NCBI GenBank assembly: GCA_030324005.1
Contig: JARDVH010000042.1
Coordinates: 68,464,354 to 68,528,353 of the forward strand
Source of the DNA: Negaprion brevirostris
Lineage: Eukaryota
Direction of reading: 5' to 3'
Length of the DNA: 64,000 nucleotides
Position 1 is the first letter of the stretch; every line of letters begins with the position of its first letter. The notes under the pieces were generated by a model. The model ran no database searches. It had not been told where the DNA came from and saw only the letters and a list, made by a program, of their open reading frames with translations. The translations under genes were made by a program, and so were the position numbers. Positions 44,841 through 57,480 of the stretch are shown in pieces.

Positions 44841-45199
44841 GTTTTTAAACATTTGCCATTAACACTTGTGATGAGCTCTTGGGTAGAGTAGTTCAATCAA
44901 AGTGTTGAAATGATTTGAGAGCAGTTAGAGTGGCAATTCATAGTGGATAAATTAAGATGGACTGAATCAAAATGCTGCCTTCATCTTGAATTATTTGGTA
45001 ATTTTGTATTGGACATACAAGTGCATCTTTTAGATGTTGCACCAAAGTTTCTTGGTGCAACCTTCGGTAGGGGGCAAGTCCTAATATAACAGAAAATTAA
45101 ACCCTGGACAAGAAATCAAATGGGAAATATTTCCTTCTCTAAAGAGAAAATGTGCAAATGCCTACTGGAACTAGGTAACAAATGTAATCCCTGATACCA

Positions 45200-46282
45200 G
45201 ATTATGATTTACATTCTCCATTAATCATTATGAACCCCCAGTGTTAGTATTAAATACTGTCTAAATGGAAAGCTCCTTAACCTCATTTGTCTCCTTACAA
45301 AAATTAAACTGACCCCCATAGACATATATAATCAACAGTTCACCCTCAATCTTTTCAATTCAGCTTACAAGAAACTCAGTCTATCCTTGAATTTTCCAAA
45401 ATTAATCTCATGTATCAAATATTATACCACCCCTCATCACCCACCCCATCTCACCCCCATGTATTTTAAAGGAGAGACTCTGGAACATGTTAAGCATTTT
45501 CATACTTTGGCAGTCATCTCTCTGAAAAGGACACCACTGGTGTGGAGATCTAAAACCGGATCAGTTGCACCAGCTCAGCCTTCGACAAAAGACTGCAGCA
45601 AGTATTAAACAAAAAAATCTGGGCAATTTAACAGTCCAAGTGTACAGACGAGTTGTTGTCATACTCCTGTACTGCAGTGACTGTGTGTAAATGGCACACA
45701 AGAGTATTAGAGAAATCCCATTAGCAATGCCTCTGCTGTATCTTCCAGAATCATTGGGAGGATCTTTGAGCAAATATTAATCTACATCTTGAAGCCAACT
45801 CCAGAAGCATTCAGGCAAAACTCCTGCAAAAATAAGCAACCACAATGGAACCTGGCATTATATCTGGATGGCTGCAAAGCATATCCTCTGCCAGCTCCTG
45901 CTTTTTCAACTCTCAAATAACTAACGTTCCAGGAGAGGACAACAAAAATACTTCAAAAACACTGTGAAGCTCTTCTTGAAGCACAGTCAGTAATGAGTGG
46001 GAGGAGTTCGCTCTCAATTGTTCAAAACGGTGACAATTTATCCATTAAGCTGCATCATACTTTGTGCCATATCTTAGTGGTGAAGCAGAGTGACGGGTAG
46101 AGAAAGAAAGGAAAGGAAGCTGCCCCTTACTCCAGCTCTAATTACCTATTAGGACATCCTGGTCAATATGCCCAAAGACTAATGAGTCACGAATTAGCCT
46201 GTTCAATTACATGAAGACGCATGGCAGGAAGTCGTGACCCTTTGTGGATTCCATCCTCATATTAAGAGACAGCCAACAATGA
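45200..46282 (+). mobile_element. RTE-clade LINE, degenerate
   Basis: IKYCLNGKLLNL, GETLEHVKHF, VYRRVVVILLYCSD, G(QQ)KYFKNTVK. Confidence 0.65.
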
Positions 46283-46304
46283 GACCAAATTCAAATACAC
46301 ACTC

Positions 46305-46472
46305 TGGGATTTTCTGCCCCCCAACCCCTGCCCTACAGCATGTTTTGTGACAGCAATGGCTAACCCACTACTGGCTGTTGGGATCTTCTTTTCCTAATGG
46401 GAAACCCGTGGCGGGGTTCACTACCAGCGGGACTGGAAGATCCCACTGGTGGGAACACTTGGAAGATTCCAG
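46305..46472. mobile_element. MITE family A
   Basis: TIR-like ctgggattttc / gaagattccag; internal similarity to the 25438 and 60790 copies. Confidence 0.6.
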
Positions 46473-48379
46473 TCAATAGACATATTGAGAAATAAACCAA
46501 TGAAGCCATGTTTTCTTTTCCTGGGTATGGTATAATGATCAAAGCTTCTAGAAGAAATGTATTTCTGACAAAAAAAAGACTTGTTTTATCCTCCTGAATA
46601 TTAAGTTTAATTTCTTAATCTCAAAATAACCTTAGCTAGCTTTTTCATGAGACACAAAGTTAGATCCAGTGTTTCAATAAATAATCAAACACACGGTATC
46701 AGCTAAAATTGTACGCTGAATTATAAATCCGAAAGCATCCTGGCAATGACCAACGTTTAATTAAATCATTCTGCATTTCTACCTTCATCACAAATCTACA
46801 AATTAACCTTAAGTAAGAGAAACCAAAGAAGTTAGTCATATGAGATTATACAAAATCCTAATCCACACATCTATGCATACATATACAACAAGAGTTTCAT
46901 GTACTACTGACCTTTAGGGTGAAGAAATTGTTCTGATTCCTCACTTACAATCCAACAGTTCCATTCTTTTTAATCATTCAGTCCAAAGAATCATTCTTTC
47001 AACATATCCATTAATTTGCTTTGATTATATATTTTTTCTATATTTAGCCTGTTCCGCCCAGCCTCAGCAGCAGCTCCTCCTGCCATCCAATTTATGCCGG
47101 ATGTTGAGAACATGTTCTCTCTGCCTCCCAATTTCTTGCAGCAGTACATTTATGAAACTAATCACATTCTTGTTTAAGCACTACTTGAGCCCAATCTTCG
47201 TAATGATTATTACAGAGTCCCTGCGGTAAAATTATGCTTATTAAATCAATTACAACCAGTAAAATCTCATATTGCACATTCGAGTACACCACTTGATATG
47301 TGACCTGAGCCATAAGTCCATAATTGGGTTCCTCTGTAAAGTAGGCTCCAACACAGCTATTTCCTGGGAGTAGGTGTCTTATATTTGAGAAGCTTGACAA
47401 ACCTGAACAGATATTGCCTCGCTTTCCCAGCTTAGGTGTCAAGCATCATGAGTATACCTAGTCTGATTCCACACTTTGCCGCAAAACACTTATACTTGCC
47501 CTTATATCTCTTGTGAACAGAAGGCGAATGTAATTGGCACAGCGGTTCAACAGTACCTGGCCTGATAATAATGGGAAGCATGCCTGTACATCATTTTTTC
47601 ATCCTTCTTAATATCTAGTGTTTATTGAAGCTTTCAATGGGAAGTGGCCATTATGTTTAACCATAGTCCATCAATATCAAGTTGTCTGACGGTTGTACTC
47701 TGCATTCCAGAAACAATGGTGAGCCATCTTGTACAATCATAGTTTGGTTAATAACTACTTCAACCTTGTTCAGATTTGGTCATCATTATAATTTTCACAA
47801 TGCAGTCCAAATGTTGCACATATAATTAACAGTTGTAGTGCTATAACCATTTTACCTTCAAATTTGTAAATCATGCAATTTTTAAATTGACTAATGTGAT
47901 GCCACCTGCTACTTTATAGTTTCATTTTCTCCATGGACTGTAGTAGGAGCTATATAGTTGGACTTGCCTTAACCAGAAATTGAAATACCTCATCATTTGG
48001 GTGCAAACCACACTATCCTTTTTCCTAAAGTCTAATGTCATGATGGTGTCCCAGACATTATATTCAAAAAGTTAAAATTTACCATTGAAGTACTTCTTAA
48101 CCTGATTTTTTGGTTTCTTAATCTTTTGGGTTACATACAGATGAGTGACTCATACACGGTCATATTGAGCATATGGTCCCAGTTGCTCCCTGCAGTAATG
48201 GCATTGCTGCTGGTAGCAAAGGATATTCAGGAAGTAAGTATTAGTTGTCCAGTCATTTCTTGGTGATGTGATACACCTGTAGTAACACATGGAGTGGAAT
48301 GTATAGCCATTCAGCACAATAACAATAAATTGTGTTTCTATAGCACCTTTGTAATAAAAGGTACTACATGTAAATATAA

Positions 48380-48618
48380 TACAAAGAGATGGCAGATGAA
48401 TTGGACAGGTATTTTGCATTAGTCTTTACTAAAGAAAATACAAGTAACATCCCAGAAGCAGTTATAAACCAAGAAATGGAAGGGTTTGATGAACTCAGCA
48501 AAATTACAGTCACCAGAGAAGTGATACTGAGTAAATTGTAGGAGCTGTGGGATAATAAGAGTTTGGGTTGTGATGGACTTCATCCTAGCATTTTAAGAGG
48601 AATATCTTGTGAGATACA
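48380..48618 (+). mobile_element. CR1 internal fragment inserted in an L2 3' end
   Basis: EMADELDRYFALVFTKE...DGLHPSILR. Confidence 0.7.
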
Positions 48619-48819
48619 TGTAATAAAACATCTCAAAGGCTTACAGATATGTAATCAGGGAAGTTTTGACAATGGGATTCTTAAGGAGATGTAAAGTCAG
48701 GTGACTAAAAGCTTAGCCAAAGAGCTAGGATTTAAAGAAGGCCTTAAAGGAAGAAAGTGACCACTCTCTCCACCTGTCCTACCATGTACAATGATATGCA
48801 CTTCTACACTATAATTGAT

Positions 48820-49310
48820 GACTAACTGGTAGAGGTTGTAGAGTGTTTCAAATATTTGGGAAAATATAGACACCAGAAGATAAGCTTCACTGAGAACATG
48901 ACTGTATTTTTAAAAAGGCTAGTCAGTGTCTGTTTTTAATCAGATTACCGAAAAGATTTGGAGTAAGTAAATATGTTTTAGCAAGGGTATATAAAGGTCT
49001 GGTATAGAGCATTCTAACATGTAATATTGCCGACTGACATAGTAACCTGAGTGTGAATTACATGAGTAAGCTGGCCAGAATTATCAACACTGCAGGTAAA
49101 ATCAGACAGAACTTGATAACCTATTTAACAACTCAGTTAAGAGGAAAGTTCAGGCCGTCATCAGTGATCACACTCACTCTTTATAATCATCAGTTTGAAA
49201 GGTTTCCTTTGGGTCAATGCTTTAGAATCTCTATTGCCAAGAAAAATCTGTTCAAGAGGACTATTATTCCAAGTGCCATAAACTTATTAAATAACAAAAT
49301 AAACACAATC
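48820..49310 (+). mobile_element. Rex1/Babar (L2-group) LINE 3' fragment
   Basis: VEVVECFKYLG, KKASQCLFLIRL.KRFGVS...YKGLV*SILTCNI, RIINTAGKI, F.RTIIPSAINLLN. Confidence 0.7.
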
Positions 49311-50924
49311 TGCTGATTTTACTTATTAAATTGCAGTAAATGCTTTAATGGCAGAATGCAAGGTATTATGTTTGTATGGTACAGATGTATGTTATATATG
49401 CATAAATATATCAATGTAGGTATACATGAAATATTCACTTTTTAAGTTGATGACTATGTTATATTGCTGGTGAAGCCAAAGACAAATTTCTATCTTTATG
49501 TTGACACTACAGTTCGATTCTATTAATGTATGCAGGCCTGTCCAATGATGTGCACACTTCATGATAATAAGCAAAGTACCAGTGCATCAATGGTTTGCAC
49601 CCACAAGAGTTCATTACCAGAGTAATTATAGTGACTGCTCTGCTCATGAGTCGTGTTTTCCCAAGCCCAAATTCATCACACCTAGGATTTTGGCAGCTTG
49701 TAGCTTTTCAGTTCAAATGATCCCAATTGACATTATTGTTATCATATCTATCATTTCTCTCTTAAGGCTCTCTAGCGACCACGCTTCCTACCTATTCAGC
49801 ATGCCCTGTAGTTCCTAAGATGTTTAATCACATTGCATGCAATCCACCAATTTCATTGGCTGGGTCATAAACACATGCAAAGTTCCTGTAGCTTCTTTTA
49901 TTCCCTGTTTCACTTGGCTGGCCTCTGTAAAATATCCAGTTCTTGTATTGCCTCACCCGTGCACTATAGCAGTGGTAACCAAGCCAGTGTAACCAATACA
50001 TCCTCTAATCATTGCTGTGGCACCCCACTGTGTTTCCCTTTTAATAAATTAATTACTCTACTTTCATGTCACGGTGTGTAGAAGTGAGCCACAAATCTGA
50101 ACAAATGCTCTTTTATTTTCAATTTAATCTTTTTCTTACCCACCAAATGGGTCATCACTATAGCATACTTATTTTATGGTGACCAAAATTACTTTATCAG
50201 TTGTATCTATAGGTTTCTTTTGAAGAGGTTTCCTGATAGTTCGCACAGTTACTCAAATTATTGGAGAAACAAATGCATTCAGTTTCTTATACTGTTTCCT
50301 ACCTAAATGTAACCCATCTGAGACATTTGCCAATCAGAGTTCTGCCACTTTAACCAGCTTATATTCCTGGCTGCAGCTTATAGTTTACAACATTCTCCAC
50401 TAATTTTAATAAGACAAAATGCACGCAATATCTTTAGACAGTAGGATAACAGAGAAAGAAAATGATACTACCATGATTTTTTTTTCTCCTGGGTAGACAC
50501 TTCTAGTTCTTGCCAGTTCTGATCTTCTCTGAAACTTAAGATCTTATAGTGTGCTCCTTATAAAACACTCATTGATAATTGAATATGGCATGGTGATCAA
50601 TCCTCTTACAAAGGATGCATTTCTTCCAAATAAATCAACAGATGCTACTTGTTTTAATCCTGCTGAACATTTGTTTCATTCGTTATCTCAAAACTGCTTG
50701 AATAGCAGCTTCACAAAACACTAATCTGACATCCTGTGCTTCAATCAACACTTGAACCCGCAATGTCAGCTAAAACTGTACCCTGACTCATCAAACCAGG
50801 AAGAGCCGTGGGAATTAATAACTTTTAACTCATTCTCTAGGTATTTACAATTATAGTACAATTTGGCAAACTCAATCCAAATAAAAGCAACTAAAACCTT
50901 TGATATAAAATTAAATTGCATCCT

Positions 50925-51352
50925 AACCTGATGTATGTATGTTCACAAAAAACAAGGCAAATGAAACCTGACTAATTATTATCCCATCAGTCTCCCCTCA
51001 ATCATCAGCAACGTGATGGATGGATGGAAGGTATCAGCAACAATGCTATGAAGCAAAATTGACATAGCAATGACCTCCCTGATGCTCAGTTTGTGTTCCG
51101 CCAGAGACAGAGTTCCAGCCTGCTCCAAACAAATGGGTTGAATTCCAGAAGTGAGGTGAGAGTACCTGACCTTGACAATTTTAGCATTTGACTGAGTGTG
51201 GTATCAAGAAGACTGACTCCAGTTTTGTTCAATGGGAATCGAGGGGTTATTGTCTATGATTGGAGTCAATCCTAGCACAAAGGCTGTGATTGGTAGAGGC
51301 CAATCATCACAACTGCAGGAGCTCATCAGGGTAATGTCCAAGGCCCAAACCT
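50925..51352 (+). mobile_element. CR1-like RT fragment
   Basis: VHKKQG..NLTNYYPISLPSIISNVM, AFD*VW. Confidence 0.7.
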
Positions 51353-51354
51353 TC

Positions 51355-53300
51355 ACTGGGATGTGGGCATCACTGGCTAGGCCAGTATTTATTGCCCATC
51401 CCTAATTGCTTTTGAAGAGGTGGTGGTGAGTTGCCTTCTTGAACTGTTGCCGTCCATGTGGTATGGATACACCCACTGTGCATTAGGAAGGGGGTTCCAT
51501 GATCTTAACCCTGTGACAGTGAAGGAATGGTGATATATTTCCAAATCAGGATGATAAGTGACTTGGAAGGGAACTCCCAGATGGTATTATTTCTATTTGC
51601 CTGTTGCCTTTGTCCTTATAGATGGTAGTGGATTTGAGTTTGGAAGGTGCTGCTGAAGGAGCCTTGGTAAGTTTGTGTAGTGCATCTAGTAGATGGTGCA
51701 TACTGCAGCCACTGTGCATTGGTAATGGAGGAAATGGATATTTGTGGATGAGGTGCCAATCAACCGGGCTGTTTTGTCCTCAATAGTGTTAGCCTTCTTG
51801 AGTATTGTTGGAACTTCAGTCATCTGGGCAAGTAGACAGTGTTCCATCACATCCCTNNNNNNNNNNNNNNNNNNNNNNNNNNNNNNNNNNNNNNNNNNNN
51901 NNNNNNNNNNNNNNNNNNNNNNNNNNNNNNNNNNNNNNNNNNNNNNNNNNNNNNNNCTGACTTGTGCCTTGTAGATGGTGAATAGGCTTGGGAATCAGGA
52001 AATGAGCCGCAGGACCTTTAGACTCTGACCTGCTCTTGTAACCAGAGTATTAATAGGGCTGGTCCATTTCAGTCTAGTCAATGATAACACCGGGATGTTG
52101 ATAGTGGCAGATTAAGCAATGGTAATGTAATTGAATGTCAAGGGGTGATGGTTAGATTCTCTTTTGTTGGAGATGGTCATTGCCTGGCAGTTGTGTGATG
52201 TGAATGTTACTTGTCACTTGCCAGTCTGTTGTCCAGGTCTTGCTGCATATTGCATGGACCACTTCAGTACCTGAGGATTGGCGAATGCTGCTAAACACTG
52301 TGCAATCATCAGTAAACATACTCAATTCTGACCATATCATGAAAGGAAGGTCATTGATGAAGCAGTTTAAGATGGTTGGGCAGAAGGTTCTACCCTGAGG
52401 AACTCCAGCAATGGTGCCCTGGAGTTGAGCTAATTGACGTCCAACGATGTCAGTCGTCTTCCTTTGCATCAAGTATGACTTCAACCAGTGGAGAGCTTTC
52501 CTCTTGATTCCGGTTTCATAGGGCTCCTTAATACCACACTCAGGCAAATGCCTCTATGTCAAAGGCAGTCACTCTCCCCTCACCTCTGAAGTTCAGCTCT
52601 TTTGTCCACATTTGAACCAAGGCTGTAATGAGCTCAGGAGCTGAGGGGTCTGCTGGAACTCAAACTGAGTGTTCATAAGCAGGTTATTTCTGATAAACTG
52701 CCGCTTGACAGCACGGTTGATGACCCCTTGCATCACTTTACTAATGATTGAGGGTAGACTGATGGGGCAGTAATTAGTCAAGTTAAATTTGTCCTGTTTC
52801 TTGTGTATAGGACATACCTGGATAAAGTTCCATATTTCATGGTAGATGCCAGTGGAACAGCTTGGCTGGAGGCATTGTAAGTTCTGGAGCACAAGTCTTC
52901 AGTACTGTTGCTGGAATATTGTTGGACTCAGCCTTTGCAGTAAACTTGTGCCATCAGCTATTCCACGATTTCACATGGAGCAGATCAAATTGTCTGTATC
53001 ATGGACAGATGCATGTGTGCATCTGCTAAAGGCAGATTGATGAAGATGAGGTCAAGCACATGAAACATTATCAATTTCTTATTGGTTGTCTCACCACCTG
53101 CCACAGATGCAGTTTAGTAGCTATTTCCTTTTGGACTTGGCCAGATCAGTCAGTCATGGTTCTACCCAATCACTCTTGAAGTCCCCCCTCTGCCACACAC
53201 ACACACAGTGTACATTCTGCACTCTTGCCACCTTCAGTGCTTCCTTCAAGTGGTGTTCAACATGAAGGAGTACTAATTCATCAGCTGAAGCGGGGGACAG
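51355..53300 (-). mobile_element. CR1-like LINE, degenerate (endonuclease to 3' UTR)
   Basis: LLHVEHHLKEALKVARVQNV..GDF, VCPIHKKQDK.NLTNYCPISLPSIISKVM, GVPQG..CPTILNCFINDLP, MFTDDCTVF. Confidence 0.85.
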
Positions 53301-54084
53301 TACGTGATAATCCCCAGGACTCTTAGGGGGAATCATCCAACTACAGCCTGGCTGATACCACTTGGGGCTCAAGGTGCCAGGCCAGGGTATCAATGCCAGC
53401 GTGTCAGGGAGCAATGCACCGTTGGCACTGGCAAAGCACATGGTCTGAAGGGGATCCTGAGTGGNNNNNNNNNNNNNNNNNNNNNNNNNNNNNNNNNNNN
53501 NNNNNNNNNNNNNNNNNNNNNNNNNNNNNNNNNNNNNNNNNNNNNNNNNNNNNNNNNNNNNNNNTGAGAAGGGCTGAGTGCAAGTCTGAGGGGAGAGATG
53601 GGCAGATTGGGTATCTGAGGAGGAGGGTAGCTGAGGGGGGAAGTCAGGACACAATGACTTGGTGTGGGTGGGTGTTTGTCCATTATTTGAGAGCTGGAGA
53701 GGAGAATGCTTCTCTTTGCTGAGGGGTTGGTGGTGTTCCCTTGGACCCTTACGAATCCAACACACCAGGTCAACGATCTGAGGTCCTGTACCAAAGCCCA
53801 TCTGGTGCAGATCCCGCTGGGGAGACGGGTGAATAGTGGGAAGGAATTAAATCGGACTTCAAGCCTACTAATCATAAAAGTGGATTTGAATATCTATCAG
53901 GTTCCCACATGCTCTGGCAGGAATCCAATCAGGGTAGTCTGGCTGATCAGGAGCATCAGAATGGGTTTGGCGACCAGCACAAAACCTATTTTTCAGCTGA
54001 CATCTGATTCTGTAGGTAATTGTGCTTCTCGCTGGGAGGAAGTGACCTCAGAAAATCATGGCTATGGTGTACTTGATACAGTGT

Positions 54085-55205
54085 CATGTGAAAGGTTACA
54101 ACACATTTATAAGAGCAGATGATTTGGGGGTCACATTTAACTGTAAGGGCACGATATTTGGTTAGTAAGAGGGAGAAGAGACTGGGGGTTTGGACTGGGA
54201 AACTAACAAGTGGAGTACCACAGAGATCAATGCCAGTTCTTCCGCTATTTACAATTTATATCAATGACTTGAATGAAGGGAGCAAATGTAAAGATTGTTA
54301 AATTTGCCTATGATACAAAGGTAGGTAGGAAAATAAGTTGTAAAGAGAACATAAGGATTCTGCAACAAGATATAGATAGGTTCACTGAGTGGCAAAAATT
54401 TGGCAAATGGAGCATAATGTGAAATTGTGCAGGAAGAATAGAAAAGCAGCATAATAATTATATGGAGAGAGATTATAGAACTCTGAGAAACAGAGGGATC
54501 TGGGTGTCCTGATACAGGAATCACAAAATGTTAGTATGCTGATGCAGCAAATGATTGGGAAGGCAAATGGAATATTGTTGTTTATTGCAAGGGGAAAGGA
54601 ATTTTAAAAACTAGCAACATTTTATTACTATCATGTAGGGCATTGGTGAGACCACACCTGGAATATTGTGAACAATTTTGGTCTCCTTATTTAAGAAATG
54701 CGTTTGAAGACGTTCAGAGAAAGTTCACTCGACTGATACCTGGGTTGGGGTGGGGGTTGGTTGGCTATCTTATGAGAAAAAGTTGAGCGTGTATCTACTG
54801 GTACTTAGACAATCGAAAGGTAACCTTAGTAAAATAAATAAGATCCTGAAGGGCTTGACAGAGTGGATGCTGAAAGAGTGTTCTCCTCGTGGGAGAGGCT
54901 TGAACGAGGGGGACACAGTTTAAAAATAAGGGATCTCCATTTAAGATGGAAATTAGGAGAAGCTTTTTCTTTGAGGCTTCTAAGTGTTCGGAACATACTT
55001 TCCCAGGGAGCGGTGGAGGCAGGATCAATAATATTTTCAATACATAATTAGATAGATTCTTGACTAACAAGGGAGTCAAAAGTTGTTGGATTAGTAAGGA
55101 ATGTGGAGTTGAGACCAAAATCAGATCAGCCATGATCCTGTTGAATGGTGGAGCATGTTCAAGGAGTTGAATGGCTTGCTGCTGCTAAATTGCATGTTTA
55201 TATAA
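54085..55205 (+). mobile_element. CR1 LINE 3' fragment
   Basis: [40 protein letters not shown]; CR1 3' UTR. Confidence 0.88.
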
Positions 55206-55448
55206 GATTTTGATTTTTCTCTTGACAGTTTTTCTGCTAAGAGTTGTGGTAACTTACAGTGGATTATTGAAACAGATAGCCTTCCTTCCCCAAAATACTG
55301 TATTGTTCAGAGAAGGGGATGAGATTCTGAAGGATTGGGCATGGGGGGACACCAGTATCTGTGACAAAAAGACAGATTCCACACCAATTTGCACCCGGTT
55401 TTAATTCTAAAAATGTCAGTCAAAAGGGGAGAGCATTCCAGATTTTAA

Positions 55449-55627
55449 GGGTGGCATGGTGGTTAGCACTGCTGCCTCACAGCTCCAGAAACCTGGGTCC
55501 AAATCTGGCCTTGAGTGACTGTCTGTGTGGAGTTTGCACATTCCTCCCGTGTTTGCATGGATTTCCTCCAGGTGCTCCGGTTTCCTTCCACAGTCCAAAG
55601 ATTTGCAGGTTAGGTGGATTGGCCATT
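55449..55627 (+). mobile_element. HE1-type SINE, 3'-truncated
   Basis: ggtggttagcactgctgcctcacagc...gtgtggagtttgcacattc. Confidence 0.85.
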
Positions 55628-55942
55628 TTGTGCGCAAGCATCAATTTCTTGCACCTATTTTTTTCAAGTTCATACAATAAATCCAGAGAATTTATCTCTC
55701 AGAAGTGATTTTTTTTGAGTTGTAAGATGTATTTTATACCCCTTATAATTTTCTCACATGCCCCTCTTCCCCTGAAGGGCACTTGTCGTGTTTGTGCCTA
55801 ATTGATCATTCTTCATATGATAACCTTGAACAAGGAGTGTAANNNNNNNNNNNNNNNNNNNNNNNNNNNNNNNNNNNNNNNNNNNNNNNNNNNNNNNNNN
55901 NNNNNNNNNNNNNNNNNNNNNNNNNNNNNNNNNNNNNNNNNN

Positions 55943-57040
55943 TGGAGTACCACAGAGATCAATGCCAGTTCTTCCGCTATTTACAATTTATATCAATGAC
56001 TTGAATGAAGGGAATGAATGTATAATGGCTAAATTTGCTGATGACATCAAAATAGATAGGAAAGTAAGCCATCAAGAGGATGTAAAGAGCCTGCCTAGTT
56101 ATGTGGATAGGTATTGTATGGGCACAGGGTTTTCAGTTAGAGAATAATATGGGAAAGTGTGACAGGAAGAATAGAAAAGCAGTATATTATTTAAATGGAG
56201 AGAGATTGCAGAACTCTGTGATGTAGAGGGATCTGGGTGTCCTGATACATGCATCACATAGGATGGGATTTTCCTGCCACACTTGCCCCAAAACTAGAAA
56301 ATCCCGCCTGAGGTCGATGGACCTTTGCATTGGCCGTCCCCTGCTGCTACAATTCCCATGGTGGGCAGAACAGGAAAATTCCCTCCAAAATGTTTGTTTA
56401 CAGATACACCTATGAAGGAAAATGCCAAATTGGCATTTTTTGCAAGGGGAATGGAATGTAAAAGTCAGAAAGTTTTACTACTTTTGTACAGGATCTTGGC
56501 GAGACCACATCCAGAATACTATGTAAATTTGGTCTCCTTACTCAAAAAAGGATATATTTACAGCGGAAGCAGTTCGGAGAAGGTTCACTCAACTTGTTCC
56601 TGGATAAAGGGCATACTTTATGAAAAAAGTTTGAACAGGTTGGATCTTTACACATTGGAGTTTAGAGGAAGAGGTAATCTTATTGAAACATCTATGATTC
56701 TGAGGCGCTTGAAAGGGTGGATACGGGAAGGATGTTTTCACTTCTGGGAGAGACTAGAACGAGGGACACAATTTAAAAATATGAGATGGGACTATTTTTT
56801 TTCTCTTAGAGGGCCAATAGAATATGGACTTTTCTTGCCTAGTAAGCAGTGTTGACTGGATCATTAAATCTTTTCAAGGCAGAGTTAGATAGATTTTTCG
56901 TAGAGAAGGGAGTCAACACTTACAGGGAGCAGGTAGGAATGTGGAGTTGTGTCCACAACCAGATCAATCAATGATCTTTTTGAATGGTAGAGCAGGCCCG
57001 AAGGGCTGAGTGGTCTATTCCCGCTTCCATTCCTATGTTT
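55943..57040 (+). mobile_element. CR1 LINE 3' fragment
   Basis: LFTIYINDLNEG..AKFADDIKI, LYRILARPHPEY; tail ggcccgaagggctgagtggtctattccc..cctatgtt. Confidence 0.88.
56265..56383. mobile_element. MITE inserted in CR1
   Basis: TIRs GGGATTTTCCTG / CAGGAAAATTCCC; CR1 sequence resumes on both sides. Confidence 0.7.
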
Positions 57041-57099
57041 TACAGCTGAATGGATGAAGGCATGAGATAAAAAGGGTAGTAATGTGAAATGTACAAAAA

Positions 57100-57480
57100 C
57101 AAAAGGTGGCTCTAGCTGCAAATTGGTATTAGCAGAATCATTACCAGTAGCTGCTCTCTGAAAAAGTGTGAGCAGTAGTTATGATCCAAATGTTGAATCC
57201 AGCTTCCACTGACAACAGCGGGATCAGATAAGCTAAGGAATGAGTCAGTAGGATTGATAAATGGCGGGCCATTGATGACAGAGACTAAACTAAATGTTGA
57301 ATGAACAGTTGATTAAGTGTAATCCAGTCTTGACTTTGATTCTTGGGTTTGGAAATATTGTTTTAAAATGACAAATTGCAACTTGCCATTACTTATTAAC
57401 ATTTGGAGTGCCACATTTAGAATACCGCCAAGGCTATTAATTTAGTGGTCCAACAACTCAAAATGATCAAAAGCAAAATG
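57100..57480. promoter_or_regulatory. Candidate enhancer / conserved non-coding element
   Basis: Unique sequence with Pbx-Hox TGATAAATGG (57255-57264), Meis TGACAG (57276-57281) and TGAGTCA (57241-57247); conservation untested. Confidence 0.45.

Noticed and set aside
56325-56855. 176-aa ORF
   Set aside because: Chimeric MITE plus CR1 sequence
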